Positions 1 to 9,812 of a DNA stretch of 64,000 nucleotides are shown one piece after another (positions within the stretch are counted from its first letter, which is position 1; every line of letters begins with the position of its first letter). The position numbers were made by a program, and so were the translations under genes. The DNA is from Candidatus Obscuribacterales bacterium. Lineage in GTDB: Bacteria > Cyanobacteriota > Vampirovibrionia > Obscuribacterales > Obscuribacteraceae. The stretch covers positions 3,264,001 through 3,328,000 of the forward strand of contig CBDDIJ010000003.1 of NCBI GenBank assembly GCA_965228855.1. The letters run 5' to 3'. A model generated the notes under the pieces. It did no database searches. It was not told the DNA's origin and saw only the letters and a list, made by a program, of their open reading frames with translations.

Positions 1-2331
1 GCAGCTTGCCAGGAAAAGCTTGTGCGCTCACTCTATGTGTCAGGTTTGCAAGATTACGAGCTGGGCAATTACAAAGAAGCCCTGAAGAAACTCCGCAAAG
101 CGATGGCTCTTTCCGAGGGCGTAAAGTTCAACGCCTTCGAGCGCTCGCAGGGCTTACTCACTCTGGCTGAGACGCTGCGCTCATTGGGTCATTACGAGGA
201 AGCCGAGAAAACTTTCAATGAGTCGATTAAATATGCCAATCAGGCAGGGTTCAGAAAGAACATCACCCTCTCCCGCGTTTACAACAACCTCGGCGTTCTC
301 TACTTCGAAAACTCCGATTTCCCAAAAGCCGAAGCAGCCTGGAAAGAGTCTGAGAAGATAGGTTTTGACTTCAAGTATCTTCCGACAAACAACCTGGCTC
401 GGCTATATCTCAAGTGGGGAAAACTGGCGGAGGCCGAAGAGTATCTGGCCAAGGCGAAGAAGTTCGCGACAGGCCTGCTCAACAACAAGGATATCACCCA
501 GCCTTACTACTACTATAATCTAGCAACTTACAACAAGCTCAAAGGAAACTTCGACGAAGCCGAACAGAACTATAAGAAGGCTATCGCCGGAATTCAAAAA
601 CTTGTCACCGATAGCCATGTCTACTACACGATTGTATTAATGGGCTTGTCCGAGCTATACATCGATCAGAGTAGATTCGAGGAAGCTGAGAAAGAAATCC
701 GCACGATCGTAAAAACGCGGGAGAACGCCCTTGGTGACGAGAATCCGCTGGTTGCCGAAGCGTATGTTTTGCTTGCCACTGTGCTTGCCGACGAAGGTAA
801 GTACAACGAGGCAAGAGAATTCGCCGGAAAAGCGATTGAATTGAACAACCGGATCTTCGAGGGCGGGGACAATCTCTTTGTCGCCAAGGCAAAGCACGCC
901 TTCGCGAATATCCGAAGACAAGAAGGTCAATATGCAGAGGCCGAGCGGCTGCTCAACGAATCACTCAGCACGGTCAAAAAGATATTGGGAGCAGATCACC
1001 TGGAGGTCGCGGATATCGAGCGCGATCTCGCCAGTCTAAAACTTGACCAATCCCAATATAGAGAAGCTGAGACTCTCTTTCAGTCGGCTTCTAACATCGT
1101 GGCGTCGCGGACAGGCCCCGATCACCCTGAACGCGCGGAGCTAGCCCTGGACCTGGGCAATCTCTACCTTCGAGAAGGGCTCTACGACAAGGCGGAGATA
1201 CAATTTCTCCAGTCCCTGAAACTGTCAAAAGAGGTCTTGGGCGAAACTAGCCGCGCCACCGCCAGTAGTGCTCGGAAGCTGGGCGAACTCTATGTAAAGC
1301 TGGGCAAATCCGATGATGCGATTAACCAGTTGACCACCGCGTGTAATATCGACAAATCTATCTTCGGTGAGGAAGCCCCGCCAGTAGCAGCGGATTTGAT
1401 GGCACTCGCCGGAGCTTATGATTCAGTTGGCCAATCCGAGAAATCAAAAGAACTGCTTGCTCAAGCCAACCTGATCAAACAAAAGTTCTCCGGCGGCAGT
1501 GCAAACGTCAACATGCCGCAACTAACGGTTCCTGCTGCCTTTGCATCAAAAGACGATCGTCCAGTGCGTGACAAATGGGCTCTGGTTATCGGGATCAGCA
1601 ATTTCAAGGACCCATCCATCAATTTAAAATTTGCAGCAAAAGATGCGACAGACTTCGGCAACTTTCTTGTCACTTCTGAGAAATTCAAAGAAGACCATGT
1701 GAAGACTCTGACCGATCAGGAGGCGACGCGCGAAAACATTGTCGCCATGCTCGGCGAAAAATGGCTCGGGAAAAATGCGAAGGAAGACGACCTGATAGTG
1801 GTTTACGTTTCCAGCCACGGCAGCCACTCTCAAGAGGATGCCGGTGGTGTCAATTTTCTCGTCGCGCACGACACCGATAAAAACAGTTTGCTCGCCACAG
1901 GAATTCCCATGCAGTGGCTATCGAAAATGATTTCGGAGCAGGTTAAGTCCAATCGCGTAGTTCTCATACTAGACGTCTGCCACTCTGGTGCGGCGGCCCA
2001 GGGCGGAAAATCACTCAATCGCATTGCCGGACTCGCGCCGGATGTTTTCAAAATTGGCAGCGGTCAAATGGTTTTGTGCTCCTCGATGGCGGAGCAAGTT
2101 TCATGGGAGTCGAAAGAATACGAGAACAGCGTGTTTACCAGGAGATTGATTGAGGCGCTCAGAGTCAATAACGATAAGACCACACTTCTAGACGCGTATA
2201 ACCGCCTCAAACTTTTGGTCGAATCCGAGGTGTTGCGGGACCGCTCGAACCTGCAGACGCCGGTTCTCTGGAATGAGAAGTGGGTCGGTAAAGATCCGAT
2301 GCTGGCTGTCGATACAGCCACTGGCCACTAG
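1..2331 (+). CDS. TPR-repeat protein with C-terminal caspase-like (peptidase C14) domain; probably 5'-truncated by the window edge
   Basis: Frame is open from base 1 (ORF track starts at GTG 22). About 11 TPR-like repeats (e.g. YNNLGVLY, YYNLATY), then KWALVIGISNF, SSHGS (catalytic His) and ILDVCHSG (catalytic Cys). Confidence 0.9.
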   Translation, partial: AACQEKLVRSLYVSGLQDYELGNYKEALKKLRKAMALSEGVKFNAFERSQGLLTLAETLRSLGHYEEAEKTFNESIKYANQAGFRKNITLSRVYNNLGVLYFENSDFPKAEAAWKESEKIGFDFKYLPTNNLARLYLKWGKLAEAEEYLAKAKKFATGLLNNKDITQPYYYYNLATYNKLKGNFDEAEQNYKKAIAGIQKLVTDSHVYYTIVLMGLSELYIDQSRFEEAEKEIRTIVKTRENALGDENPLVAEAYVLLATVLADEGKYNEAREFAGKAIELNNRIFEGGDNLFVAKAKHAFANIRRQEGQYAEAERLLNESLSTVKKILGADHLEVADIERDLASLKLDQSQYREAETLFQSASNIVASRTGPDHPERAELALDLGNLYLREGLYDKAEIQFLQSLKLSKEVLGETSRATASSARKLGELYVKLGKSDDAINQLTTACNIDKSIFGEEAPPVAADLMALAGAYDSVGQSEKSKELLAQANLIKQKFSGGSANVNMPQLTVPAAFASKDDRPVRDKWALVIGISNFKDPSINLKFAAKDATDFGNFLVTSEKFKEDHVKTLTDQEATRENIVAMLGEKWLGKNAKEDDLIVVYVSSHGSHSQEDAGGVNFLVAHDTDKNSLLATGIPMQWLSKMISEQVKSNRVVLILDVCHSGAAAQGGKSLNRIAGLAPDVFKIGSGQMVLCSSMAEQVSWESKEYENSVFTRRLIEALRVNNDKTTLLDAYNRLKLLVESEVLRDRSNLQTPVLWNEKWVGKDPMLAVDTATGH

Positions 2332-2351
2332 CCACTAGCCACTAGCCACTA
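2317..2351 (+). repeat. 7-bp tandem repeat (GCCACTR)x5 spanning the stop codon of the TPR-caspase gene
   Basis: GCCACTG followed by four GCCACTA units; the TAG stop at 2329-2331 lies inside the repeat. Confidence 0.9.
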
Positions 2352-2383
2352 CTGATGGTGCCGCAGGTGCAACGGTTTGCGTT

Positions 2384-4513
2384 CTAACGAGCGTGTTCCT
2401 TGTCGGCAAGAAGTGATTTTTCAATCGTTGCTAAATCATCCTCATTATCCTCAGAATTCTCATTGGATTGAATATCAACGCCCGATTTTTCCATCGCCCA
2501 CTTCAAGAAAGGCGGTGCCATAATCGTGGTCGCAAGAGCCATCACTACAATAATTGAGTACGTATCCACAGTTAGAATGCCGAGCGAAAATCCAATTGTT
2601 GCAAAGATCAAACCCATTGCGCCGTAAGCGTTTATTCCACAACCCACCGCTACACATTGCCATGTTGGAAGTCCACCAAATTTGGCTCCGCAAAAACCAG
2701 AAACGATCTTGACCACGCAAACGGTGGCAGTAAAACTAAGTGTCGCCACAACCAGAGATGGATTCATCAGCACTGATAAATTCACATTCAATCCAGCCGC
2801 GGCGAAAAAAACAGGCGCAAAGATTGACATCATAACGAGACGAAGAGGATGCTCGATGCGTTCCACGATGGTCGGTGATTGACCGATCATCATGCCGATC
2901 GAGAAGGCGCCTAAAACCACATGAAGACCAAGATATTGAGTTGTCGCCGCCGCCAGCAAAACTAAAACAGCTATGGCGGTCAGTAAAGCGCCGTCGTTAG
3001 GCAAACTTCTGTCGATCCACTCCAATATTTTGAGCAGTTTTTTATAACCAAAAATCAAAGCGGTGACGAACAGACCGCCACCAATTATCACTTTCAAAAT
3101 TTTGGAATAATCATGGGCCTCGCCCGGATCTGCTAACAGCGCCACACCTGACAATAGACAACAGCCGAAGATGTCCTGAACAAGAGCTGCGGTGAGGATG
3201 ATTTGTCCCACCGATAGATGCATCAGCCTCATATCGACTAGGATTTTTGCAACGACGGGAACGGAAGAAACAGAAAATAATGCTCCTAGAAACAGCGATA
3301 GAGCCGGTCTGTGTTCTGGAGCAACAAGAAACTCTTCCGGTAAGAAATGCCCGAACAGGAACCCAATAACAAAAGGGATTAAAGATCCAAGAATTGCTGC
3401 TCCACTAGCGGGCTTCTTATGCTTTTTGATCAGCGCGAAATTGACTTCCATACCGGAGAGCATGAGCAGGAAAAGTACGCCGAACCATGAGACGACTTCC
3501 AGCAAGTTTGATTGCGCCTTTTCGACTGGAAACACAACAGCCGACAACTCAGGAGCAAGGGCTCCTAACACAGAAGGTCCAATCAAGATCCCTGCGACAA
3601 GTTGACCGATGACCCGTGGTTGTTTGAAGTATGCCACCACTTCGCCACCAACGAAAGCAGATAGGAGCAGGATTGCGACCTGGAGCAACAACAGCAATAC
3701 ACGATGTTCACGTAATACCGATACCGTGCCAAGCTTTTCGGCTCTGAGTGAAAGAGGCTGTAGCTGCTTTATTTGCGCTTTTAATTTGATAGCCCAGTCT
3801 TCAGCTAACGCGGCTTGAGTTTGTCCATACAAAGAAGCATCAGCCTTGCTGACTGCAACTATGATGAAGTCATCCAAGACAACGCTCGGACTGCCATCCA
3901 ACGAAGTCGCCGTACTAATCTTAGCCGGATCCATCTGCGCATTTTTGAGAATCTTCTCGATTCGCCGCGTCACAATACCTGCTCGTTCTTCGGCGGAGAA
4001 GCCGGGACTGTTCGAAATTGAGAATGAATGCCTCGACCCGACAGCGACCTCGGCAGATTCTGGATTTTCAAACTGCTCTTGTTCAAGTTGCTGCTGTTCC
4101 GAATCAGGGGCAGAACTGCTTGGAGAAATTGCAGAGGGAGAGTGGTCTTCAGTAGTTGGCGGCGAATCCTTACTTTGATTGATCTCTAAAGATGGAGCGA
4201 CATCCGGGAGCGCCACGCCACTGGCGTCAGAACCAGTAATTGCATTCGCGCTCGAAGATTCAGAGGACTCATGATTCGTTCCCTCTCGGACAACAGGATG
4301 TGTCGTCTCACTAGATTCACTTTGGCGAGGAGCAGCATCTGACGTTCTCTGTTCGAGAGAAACGTCTGGAAGTGATCTCACCGCCATTACAAATGGTTCA
4401 GTGTTGTTTTCCGCACTCTGAGACAATGCTTGTTGTGGAAAAACAATCGAGGCGATAAAACACAAGATTAGAAGCAGCACTTCAAGTCCTCGCGACATAC
4501 TTTCGCTCCTCAT
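2384..4513 (-). CDS. Cation:proton antiporter (CPA2/Kef-type) with signal peptide and long N-terminal extracytoplasmic extension
   Basis: C-terminal ~420 aa with 12-13 hydrophobic helices and CPA2 motifs (QPRVIGQLVAGILIGPS, SVSSVPVVAKIL, FAPVFFAAAGL). N-terminal signal peptide, Ser/Glu-rich linker and a small globular domain. Confidence 0.85.
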   Translation of the reverse strand: MRSESMSRGLEVLLLILCFIASIVFPQQALSQSAENNTEPFVMAVRSLPDVSLEQRTSDAAPRQSESSETTHPVVREGTNHESSESSSANAITGSDASGVALPDVAPSLEINQSKDSPPTTEDHSPSAISPSSSAPDSEQQQLEQEQFENPESAEVAVGSRHSFSISNSPGFSAEERAGIVTRRIEKILKNAQMDPAKISTATSLDGSPSVVLDDFIIVAVSKADASLYGQTQAALAEDWAIKLKAQIKQLQPLSLRAEKLGTVSVLREHRVLLLLLQVAILLLSAFVGGEVVAYFKQPRVIGQLVAGILIGPSVLGALAPELSAVVFPVEKAQSNLLEVVSWFGVLFLLMLSGMEVNFALIKKHKKPASGAAILGSLIPFVIGFLFGHFLPEEFLVAPEHRPALSLFLGALFSVSSVPVVAKILVDMRLMHLSVGQIILTAALVQDIFGCCLLSGVALLADPGEAHDYSKILKVIIGGGLFVTALIFGYKKLLKILEWIDRSLPNDGALLTAIAVLVLLAAATTQYLGLHVVLGAFSIGMMIGQSPTIVERIEHPLRLVMMSIFAPVFFAAAGLNVNLSVLMNPSLVVATLSFTATVCVVKIVSGFCGAKFGGLPTWQCVAVGCGINAYGAMGLIFATIGFSLGILTVDTYSIIVVMALATTIMAPPFLKWAMEKSGVDIQSNENSEDNEDDLATIEKSLLADKEHAR

Positions 4514-4800
4514 ATGCTGACCGTATCACTTGATTCTTTCTGATTTCTTTCGCCCCGCCTGCGACGCGCTGTTTGCGAAAGATTCATTAACGTCTAAGCA
4601 TGCAGGCAGCTAAACATCACCACAGAAGATTCGACTTCCAAGGAAAATCATCAGGAGGAATTCTACTCTGGCTCTCAAGCCATTGCGAGCAAACAACAGA
4701 GCGCAATCAAGTATCGGATTTGATATAGTCAGTTTACGTCGGCTTTCGCAGTCGACACGGGTTGTGACGTTCGCCGCGTTCAGGCTCATCTATAAAACTG

Positions 4801-6255
4801 ATGCATCTAACTAGATACTCATCGATAAATTTGTTCAGGGCGTTCGGATTTGCCCTGATCTTAGCCTTCTCCGGATTCACAAGTTCGGTTTTGGCCGCGC
4901 CAGATGCGCGTCCATCGACAGACTCAAAAAAGGATTTTTCTGAGGAAAAGAACGAACTCGAGCTGAGTAGGTATCCTACAATCCACGAAGTCGTGCTTCA
5001 GGTTTCTCATTCAAGGTTGTTTCGCACCGGCAATAAAATAAATCAGGTTTTCACAACTGAGCCAGGGGTCGCTGAACCTGTTGTTGTTGCCGAAAACCAG
5101 TTTGTACTTCTGGGCAAATCGAGGGGTACCACAAATATTGTGGTGTGGGACGATGTCGGGCATGTATCTAACATCAAGCTGCAAGTCGAACGGCGAATTC
5201 ATGGCGCTCACGACCAGGATCTTGCGGACCTGTCCGCCGATCGGAATTGTTTGAAGAATATGTGCGACGCATCAGAAGCGGATCAAATTGCGCTGGGCGA
5301 AGTTTGCAATTTAATCAGCAGAGAAAAGAAACGCGCTGCTCATCGGCAAAGGAATGCAACTCCACCTGACAGAAAACCGACTCCCGATCCATATTACGCT
5401 CAATTTCTCAAACGAGGCGCCGACCTTCGGAGCAAAATCTCATACGATCCGGCGGTAAGCCAAAAGGTACCATCTGGATCAATAAAGCTTGCCATTTCGC
5501 ATGCAACAATCATCACATCGCCGAGATCGCTAAGCTGCGCTATTTACGACCACAAACATGTCGAATACGTTCCGCTATCTGAGCAAGAACTGGCATTAAT
5601 TGGCAAATCGCCAGGCACATCAAAAATTAAAGTAACTGACGGTCACGGAAAGTCGCAGACTATCGAGATCAAAGTAGCCAGGGCGAACTCCAATCTGTTG
5701 GAAAGAATCATCAATAGATTGCATGACTTTTTCTCTAATCGATCTAACAATAGCGACTTGACCGTGCTACCCGTATCGTCGAAATCACCAATTGCTATCA
5801 CCGAAATTAGAGTTACGAAAAGGCTGAACGTACCAACCTCTCACCCAAAGCAAATCAAGCTACAAAACCGGGTCGTGAGAACATCAATAGGAGATCCAGG
5901 AATCGCTGAACCATTCGTCATCTCAGAATCGCAGATCGTCGTTGTCGGGAAGCGGTCTGGAAGCACCACTTTCTTTCTCTGGGACGACGCCGGCAATTGC
6001 GCAGGAATTGAGCTGACAGTTGCTGGCACTAAAAGTGGACTGCAGGAAATGGTCCGTAAAAGGAGTGCAACAGATACGGACGCTGGTGAAAACCAAAGAT
6101 CGACCGCCGAAGAACCAATCGCTCCACGAACCGAAACCGAGAATGAGGACATCGCACAAACAGAACAGCCACCCAGTTTAAATCACAACAAGCTTCACGA
6201 CATAATTATATGGTCTGGTAAGAGAATGGACATTCTCTCCGTGCCCAAGAGTTGA
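4801..6255 (+). CDS. Secreted protein with three CpaC/RcpA-type pilus-secretin N-terminal (T2SS-T3SS_pil_N-like) domains and no secretin domain
   Basis: Signal peptide and three repeats of the pattern P.VAEP....Q..L.GK..GTT...WD..G. Confidence 0.75.
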   Translation: MHLTRYSSINLFRAFGFALILAFSGFTSSVLAAPDARPSTDSKKDFSEEKNELELSRYPTIHEVVLQVSHSRLFRTGNKINQVFTTEPGVAEPVVVAENQFVLLGKSRGTTNIVVWDDVGHVSNIKLQVERRIHGAHDQDLADLSADRNCLKNMCDASEADQIALGEVCNLISREKKRAAHRQRNATPPDRKPTPDPYYAQFLKRGADLRSKISYDPAVSQKVPSGSIKLAISHATIITSPRSLSCAIYDHKHVEYVPLSEQELALIGKSPGTSKIKVTDGHGKSQTIEIKVARANSNLLERIINRLHDFFSNRSNNSDLTVLPVSSKSPIAITEIRVTKRLNVPTSHPKQIKLQNRVVRTSIGDPGIAEPFVISESQIVVVGKRSGSTTFFLWDDAGNCAGIELTVAGTKSGLQEMVRKRSATDTDAGENQRSTAEEPIAPRTETENEDIAQTEQPPSLNHNKLHDIIIWSGKRMDILSVPKS

Positions 6256-6368
6256 CCAGCCAAGAATCAGCGTGGAAGCTTCGTTCGAAAAACAATGCCC
6301 TACTTGATTCCTAATTCAAACTGGAACTAAAACTGATAAACCTAAACCATTCTTCGTGAGCAATTATT

Positions 6369-7526
6369 TTGATTAGCACCAATCGACACTATAAACCGCG
6401 CTCCGTTTTGATATCACGTACATTGGTGATCCTCTTGAGCACAGTCTTCGCATGGACAGAAAGCAGTAAAACTTCAGCTTCCAGCGAAGCACCTCCGACT
6501 CAAGACGCATTCAAGATCGAGTTCAAAGTATTGCAGAATACCGGCTGGACTAACGCGGGTCTCACCAACAACGAAATAGTATGCGCTCATTCGCGCCGTG
6601 GTCCAGATGGCAGCTGGAATGTGGCGGTTGAATTTACTCCAATTGGATACAGCAAATTCAGATTTCTGACAGCTTCCATGATCGGCTATCAGTTCGGAGT
6701 TTTTCTGAATGGTGCCCCGTCTTATGGTGCGACCAAAAGTCATGGGTTCCAGATACTCCAGCCATGCCCTTTAGCAATCCCGGGGAGATTCACTGAAGCG
6801 CAAGCGAAGGAATTGGCAGCGAAATTGAACAACCGCAAAACTAGAATTCAAAAGACCGACAAAGATTTGAAGCACATAAAACTTTCGACGACACTATCGC
6901 AAGAACGATTGTCGTTCGGTCAGAAGCAACTAGAGATGCTGCTCACCGATCGACCTGAGATGAAACCGTTTGTCAAAACAGGCGATTCTTTATGGAACTG
7001 GACGGTCAACCAATTTGCTGGTGAGGGAACTAAAAATAGAATACGCTGGGCTGGCGACTTTCCGGCCAACTCACCGTCAACAGTCGATTCAGCCATAACA
7101 ATATTTGAACAAGGGCCGAACGCTCTCAGACTGAGAAAGAGCAGCAGGTTTGGCGTTCCTGTTGATGGAGAAATGCTCTGGTCCCGGACCGTGTATGAAT
7201 TATTCAATGCGAGGGGAGCCAACGCAAATCTCCAGACGTTAAACGAGAAAGCCAAAAACGGCTTGATAACTCGGGAAGAATATATTCGGCAAATCGCATT
7301 GTTTGAATATGACACGTGGCGACAAACAATAGATTTTTATAAAACAGTTTGGCGGCCGCATGCAGAAGAGCAGAATCTCACGGAGAGCGATATCTACTGG
7401 CAGACGGACCTTCCCGCAACATTTGAAGAGTGGATGAGTGGTTTCACCGATCAAAGTGAGTATCCGTACAGCAGCTACGGGCAAGCGTTCGACCGAATCG
7501 TCGCTCAAAGAAAAGCTCCACAATAA
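6369..7526 (+). CDS. Exported protein with SecDF P1-head-like domain and unknown C-terminal domain
   Basis: WNVAVEFTPIGYSKFRFLT..IGYQFGVFLNG..IPGRFTEAQAKELAAKLN resembles the SecD P1 head; N-terminal hydrophobic segment. Confidence 0.6.
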   Translation: MISTNRHYKPRSVLISRTLVILLSTVFAWTESSKTSASSEAPPTQDAFKIEFKVLQNTGWTNAGLTNNEIVCAHSRRGPDGSWNVAVEFTPIGYSKFRFLTASMIGYQFGVFLNGAPSYGATKSHGFQILQPCPLAIPGRFTEAQAKELAAKLNNRKTRIQKTDKDLKHIKLSTTLSQERLSFGQKQLEMLLTDRPEMKPFVKTGDSLWNWTVNQFAGEGTKNRIRWAGDFPANSPSTVDSAITIFEQGPNALRLRKSSRFGVPVDGEMLWSRTVYELFNARGANANLQTLNEKAKNGLITREEYIRQIALFEYDTWRQTIDFYKTVWRPHAEEQNLTESDIYWQTDLPATFEEWMSGFTDQSEYPYSSYGQAFDRIVAQRKAPQ

Positions 7527-7656
7527 GGACGCGAAAAAAACAAACGGAGCAACCAACGAGTGCTGAAAGCAACTCCTAGAGATAAAAAACTTCGCCAGAC
7601 CAACCCTGCGTCAAAATGTCGCAGACCGAGGTTCTCGCAGGTTTGGTCGCTTCGCA

Positions 7657-8733
7657 ATGGCCATCGCATTTGCACTAGCCTTAGTTTTTCCAACAACGAA
7701 CGAAACGTTGGCCCAACCAGCCGATCTAAAAGATCCCAAAGTCCTGGATAGACTTAACAGACTCGAGTACCTACTGTTAGGTGGGGTAGATACCGAGCAA
7801 TCAATTGAAGTTCGTGTTGATAGACTATGGAAATTTTACTTCAAGAGAAACAGCAATAAAGGAATACCAATCAATGTTCAGCTAGAACAGGTCTTTCGGA
7901 CCGCCAATGTGAAGGAGCTTGACACTCCTCCTTTTGTAGGTGGCTTTTCGTTCCAATCGCCAGGAGAGACGCGCCCACAAGGTCGCTCCAAACCACGACG
8001 ACAGGAACTTTTCAACGATGCGGGAGGCTCGCAGCTAACGACGCCATACTCAAAACATGTCGATACGGACCTAGACACCGCACCAAATATAGTACCGACT
8101 CCAAAACCAGAAAGACAGCCGCTCTCGCTCAAGGATACAAAGAATTTCGTGTTCCTTCTTGATTGTTCCAGATCAATGCAGGAGAAATCTCTCGGACGAG
8201 AAAATAAGATTGAGGTAGCGAAGACACTCATAATCAAGGCCCTGTCGATAATACCTAAAGACCTTCGTTGTGAACTTCGTGTCTTCGGTCAAGAAGAGTC
8301 CATTCCGGGCTTAGAGTGCAGCGCCACCAAGATATTGGTCCCACTCAAAGAAAATCAACGGAAACAGATAAGCCAGGCACTAAGTCTAGTCAAACCTTTT
8401 GGAATGACTCCTCTTACCTACAGCCTGGCAAACGTTTTTGAGAGAGACTTAGCTAAAGTTTCGGGCTCGACCGTGGTCGTGCTAATCAGCGATGGTTCCG
8501 ACACTTGCGGACTCAATCCTGCAGCATATGTTCAAACGCTTAGCTCTCGTGCGGTTCCGCCCCCTCAAATTGCAGTAGCATCATTTGTTTGGAAAACTGA
8601 CAAGCAATCTGTTAGGATGCTTAAATCTCTCGCGAGATCGACCGGGGGAGAGTATTATGACAACACGGAGTTCGAGGATTTCTTCAAAGCGCTCGAAACA
8701 TTGCGCGATACAGAATCAACAACAACGAATTAG
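7657..8733 (+). CDS. Exported VWA-domain protein
   Basis: MIDAS motif LLDCSRSM, GMTPL, VVLISDGSDTCG, and LARSTGGEYY. Confidence 0.85.
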   Translation: MAIAFALALVFPTTNETLAQPADLKDPKVLDRLNRLEYLLLGGVDTEQSIEVRVDRLWKFYFKRNSNKGIPINVQLEQVFRTANVKELDTPPFVGGFSFQSPGETRPQGRSKPRRQELFNDAGGSQLTTPYSKHVDTDLDTAPNIVPTPKPERQPLSLKDTKNFVFLLDCSRSMQEKSLGRENKIEVAKTLIIKALSIIPKDLRCELRVFGQEESIPGLECSATKILVPLKENQRKQISQALSLVKPFGMTPLTYSLANVFERDLAKVSGSTVVVLISDGSDTCGLNPAAYVQTLSSRAVPPPQIAVASFVWKTDKQSVRMLKSLARSTGGEYYDNTEFEDFFKALETLRDTESTTTN

Positions 8734-8811
8734 AGTCGCAAAAGTGACCGGCTGGTCTCTCGGGCGGCTAGAATACTTTGACCTATCTTTTGCCTTAGCG
8801 GGTCATCTATT

Positions 8812-9642
8812 GTGAATATTCAAACAAAAGCTCAGATCGCAAAGCTCACGTTAGCGCTGCTAACGCTTGTCGCGACGCTGTTTCTGCTCGCGCTTGTCGT
8901 AATCGTTGTTTGCGCCGGATTCCAGATCAACCCGTTTAAGCAGGAGACCACCACTTTTTTGTGGTTCGCATTCGTCGGTTTAATAGGACTTGCCACCATG
9001 CTAGTTCTTCTTAACGTCGCGACAAACATTAGTTTGATCGCCGATGCGAAAATTGCAGAGCTGAAACTCGAAAGCAATCCGAGACTTATAAAGAAATACG
9101 TGATCGGCCTATGCCTTGCCGTCATGGGAATAGTGGCATTCATCTTTGTCGGTACTAGCTTGTCGCAACAAAACGAACTCAATAACGTCAGAGCAAAAGC
9201 CGATGAGGTGCTCAAAGAGAACGATAAAAGCATTACCGATATTGCAGCAGCACTCGCATCCGGTCAAAGTGATGATTACACACGAATTTCGCAAATATGC
9301 AGATTTCTACAAGAGCGTCGACGAGGGCTACCGAGAGTTTCCGTCATTTACTCCGGCAAGTTCGAGGACAAACCTGCACTCTTTCAGATACAGAGTGGTC
9401 ACCGCTCGATAGTCAATCCGGAGAAATACGACCCGGAATATTTTTCCTGTACTCAGGACTTCGATTGCGATTACTTGAACAGTTTCTTTGCAGGAAAAAA
9501 CGTAGCAGTCATGCAGAAATTCTCGAAAGAAGATCAAAACGCTTTCTGCATTTACATTCCTATAGTTCGCAAGGATACACGTTTCATTTTGACATTCGAC
9601 AGACGTAACTATTATCCCAATTATGGTTCGTTTGCTTCATGA
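8812..9642 (+). CDS. Hypothetical membrane protein (3 N-terminal TM helices, soluble C-terminal domain)
   Basis: 276-aa ORF with three hydrophobic segments, co-oriented with its neighbours. Confidence 0.7.
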   Translation: MNIQTKAQIAKLTLALLTLVATLFLLALVVIVVCAGFQINPFKQETTTFLWFAFVGLIGLATMLVLLNVATNISLIADAKIAELKLESNPRLIKKYVIGLCLAVMGIVAFIFVGTSLSQQNELNNVRAKADEVLKENDKSITDIAAALASGQSDDYTRISQICRFLQERRRGLPRVSVIYSGKFEDKPALFQIQSGHRSIVNPEKYDPEYFSCTQDFDCDYLNSFFAGKNVAVMQKFSKEDQNAFCIYIPIVRKDTRFILTFDRRNYYPNYGSFAS

Positions 9643-9812
9643 GAAGGCGCAATCGACCCCTGCAGCGCAGACTGCACTCGCAAGGCTCCCACTCCCCCTG
9701 AACAAGTCAGTCGGAGCAATGACCGTTCACCTTATAGACAGCACCAATGCAGTTAAGGTGCCAAGTACCTGAGATATAATCAGAAAACAAAAAGCATTCG
9801 CCTCAGGACCAT

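Noticed and set aside
9643..9812. Several short hairpins in this intergenic region
   Set aside because: Stems are only 4-6 bp and match no RNA family I recognise; compatible with chance.
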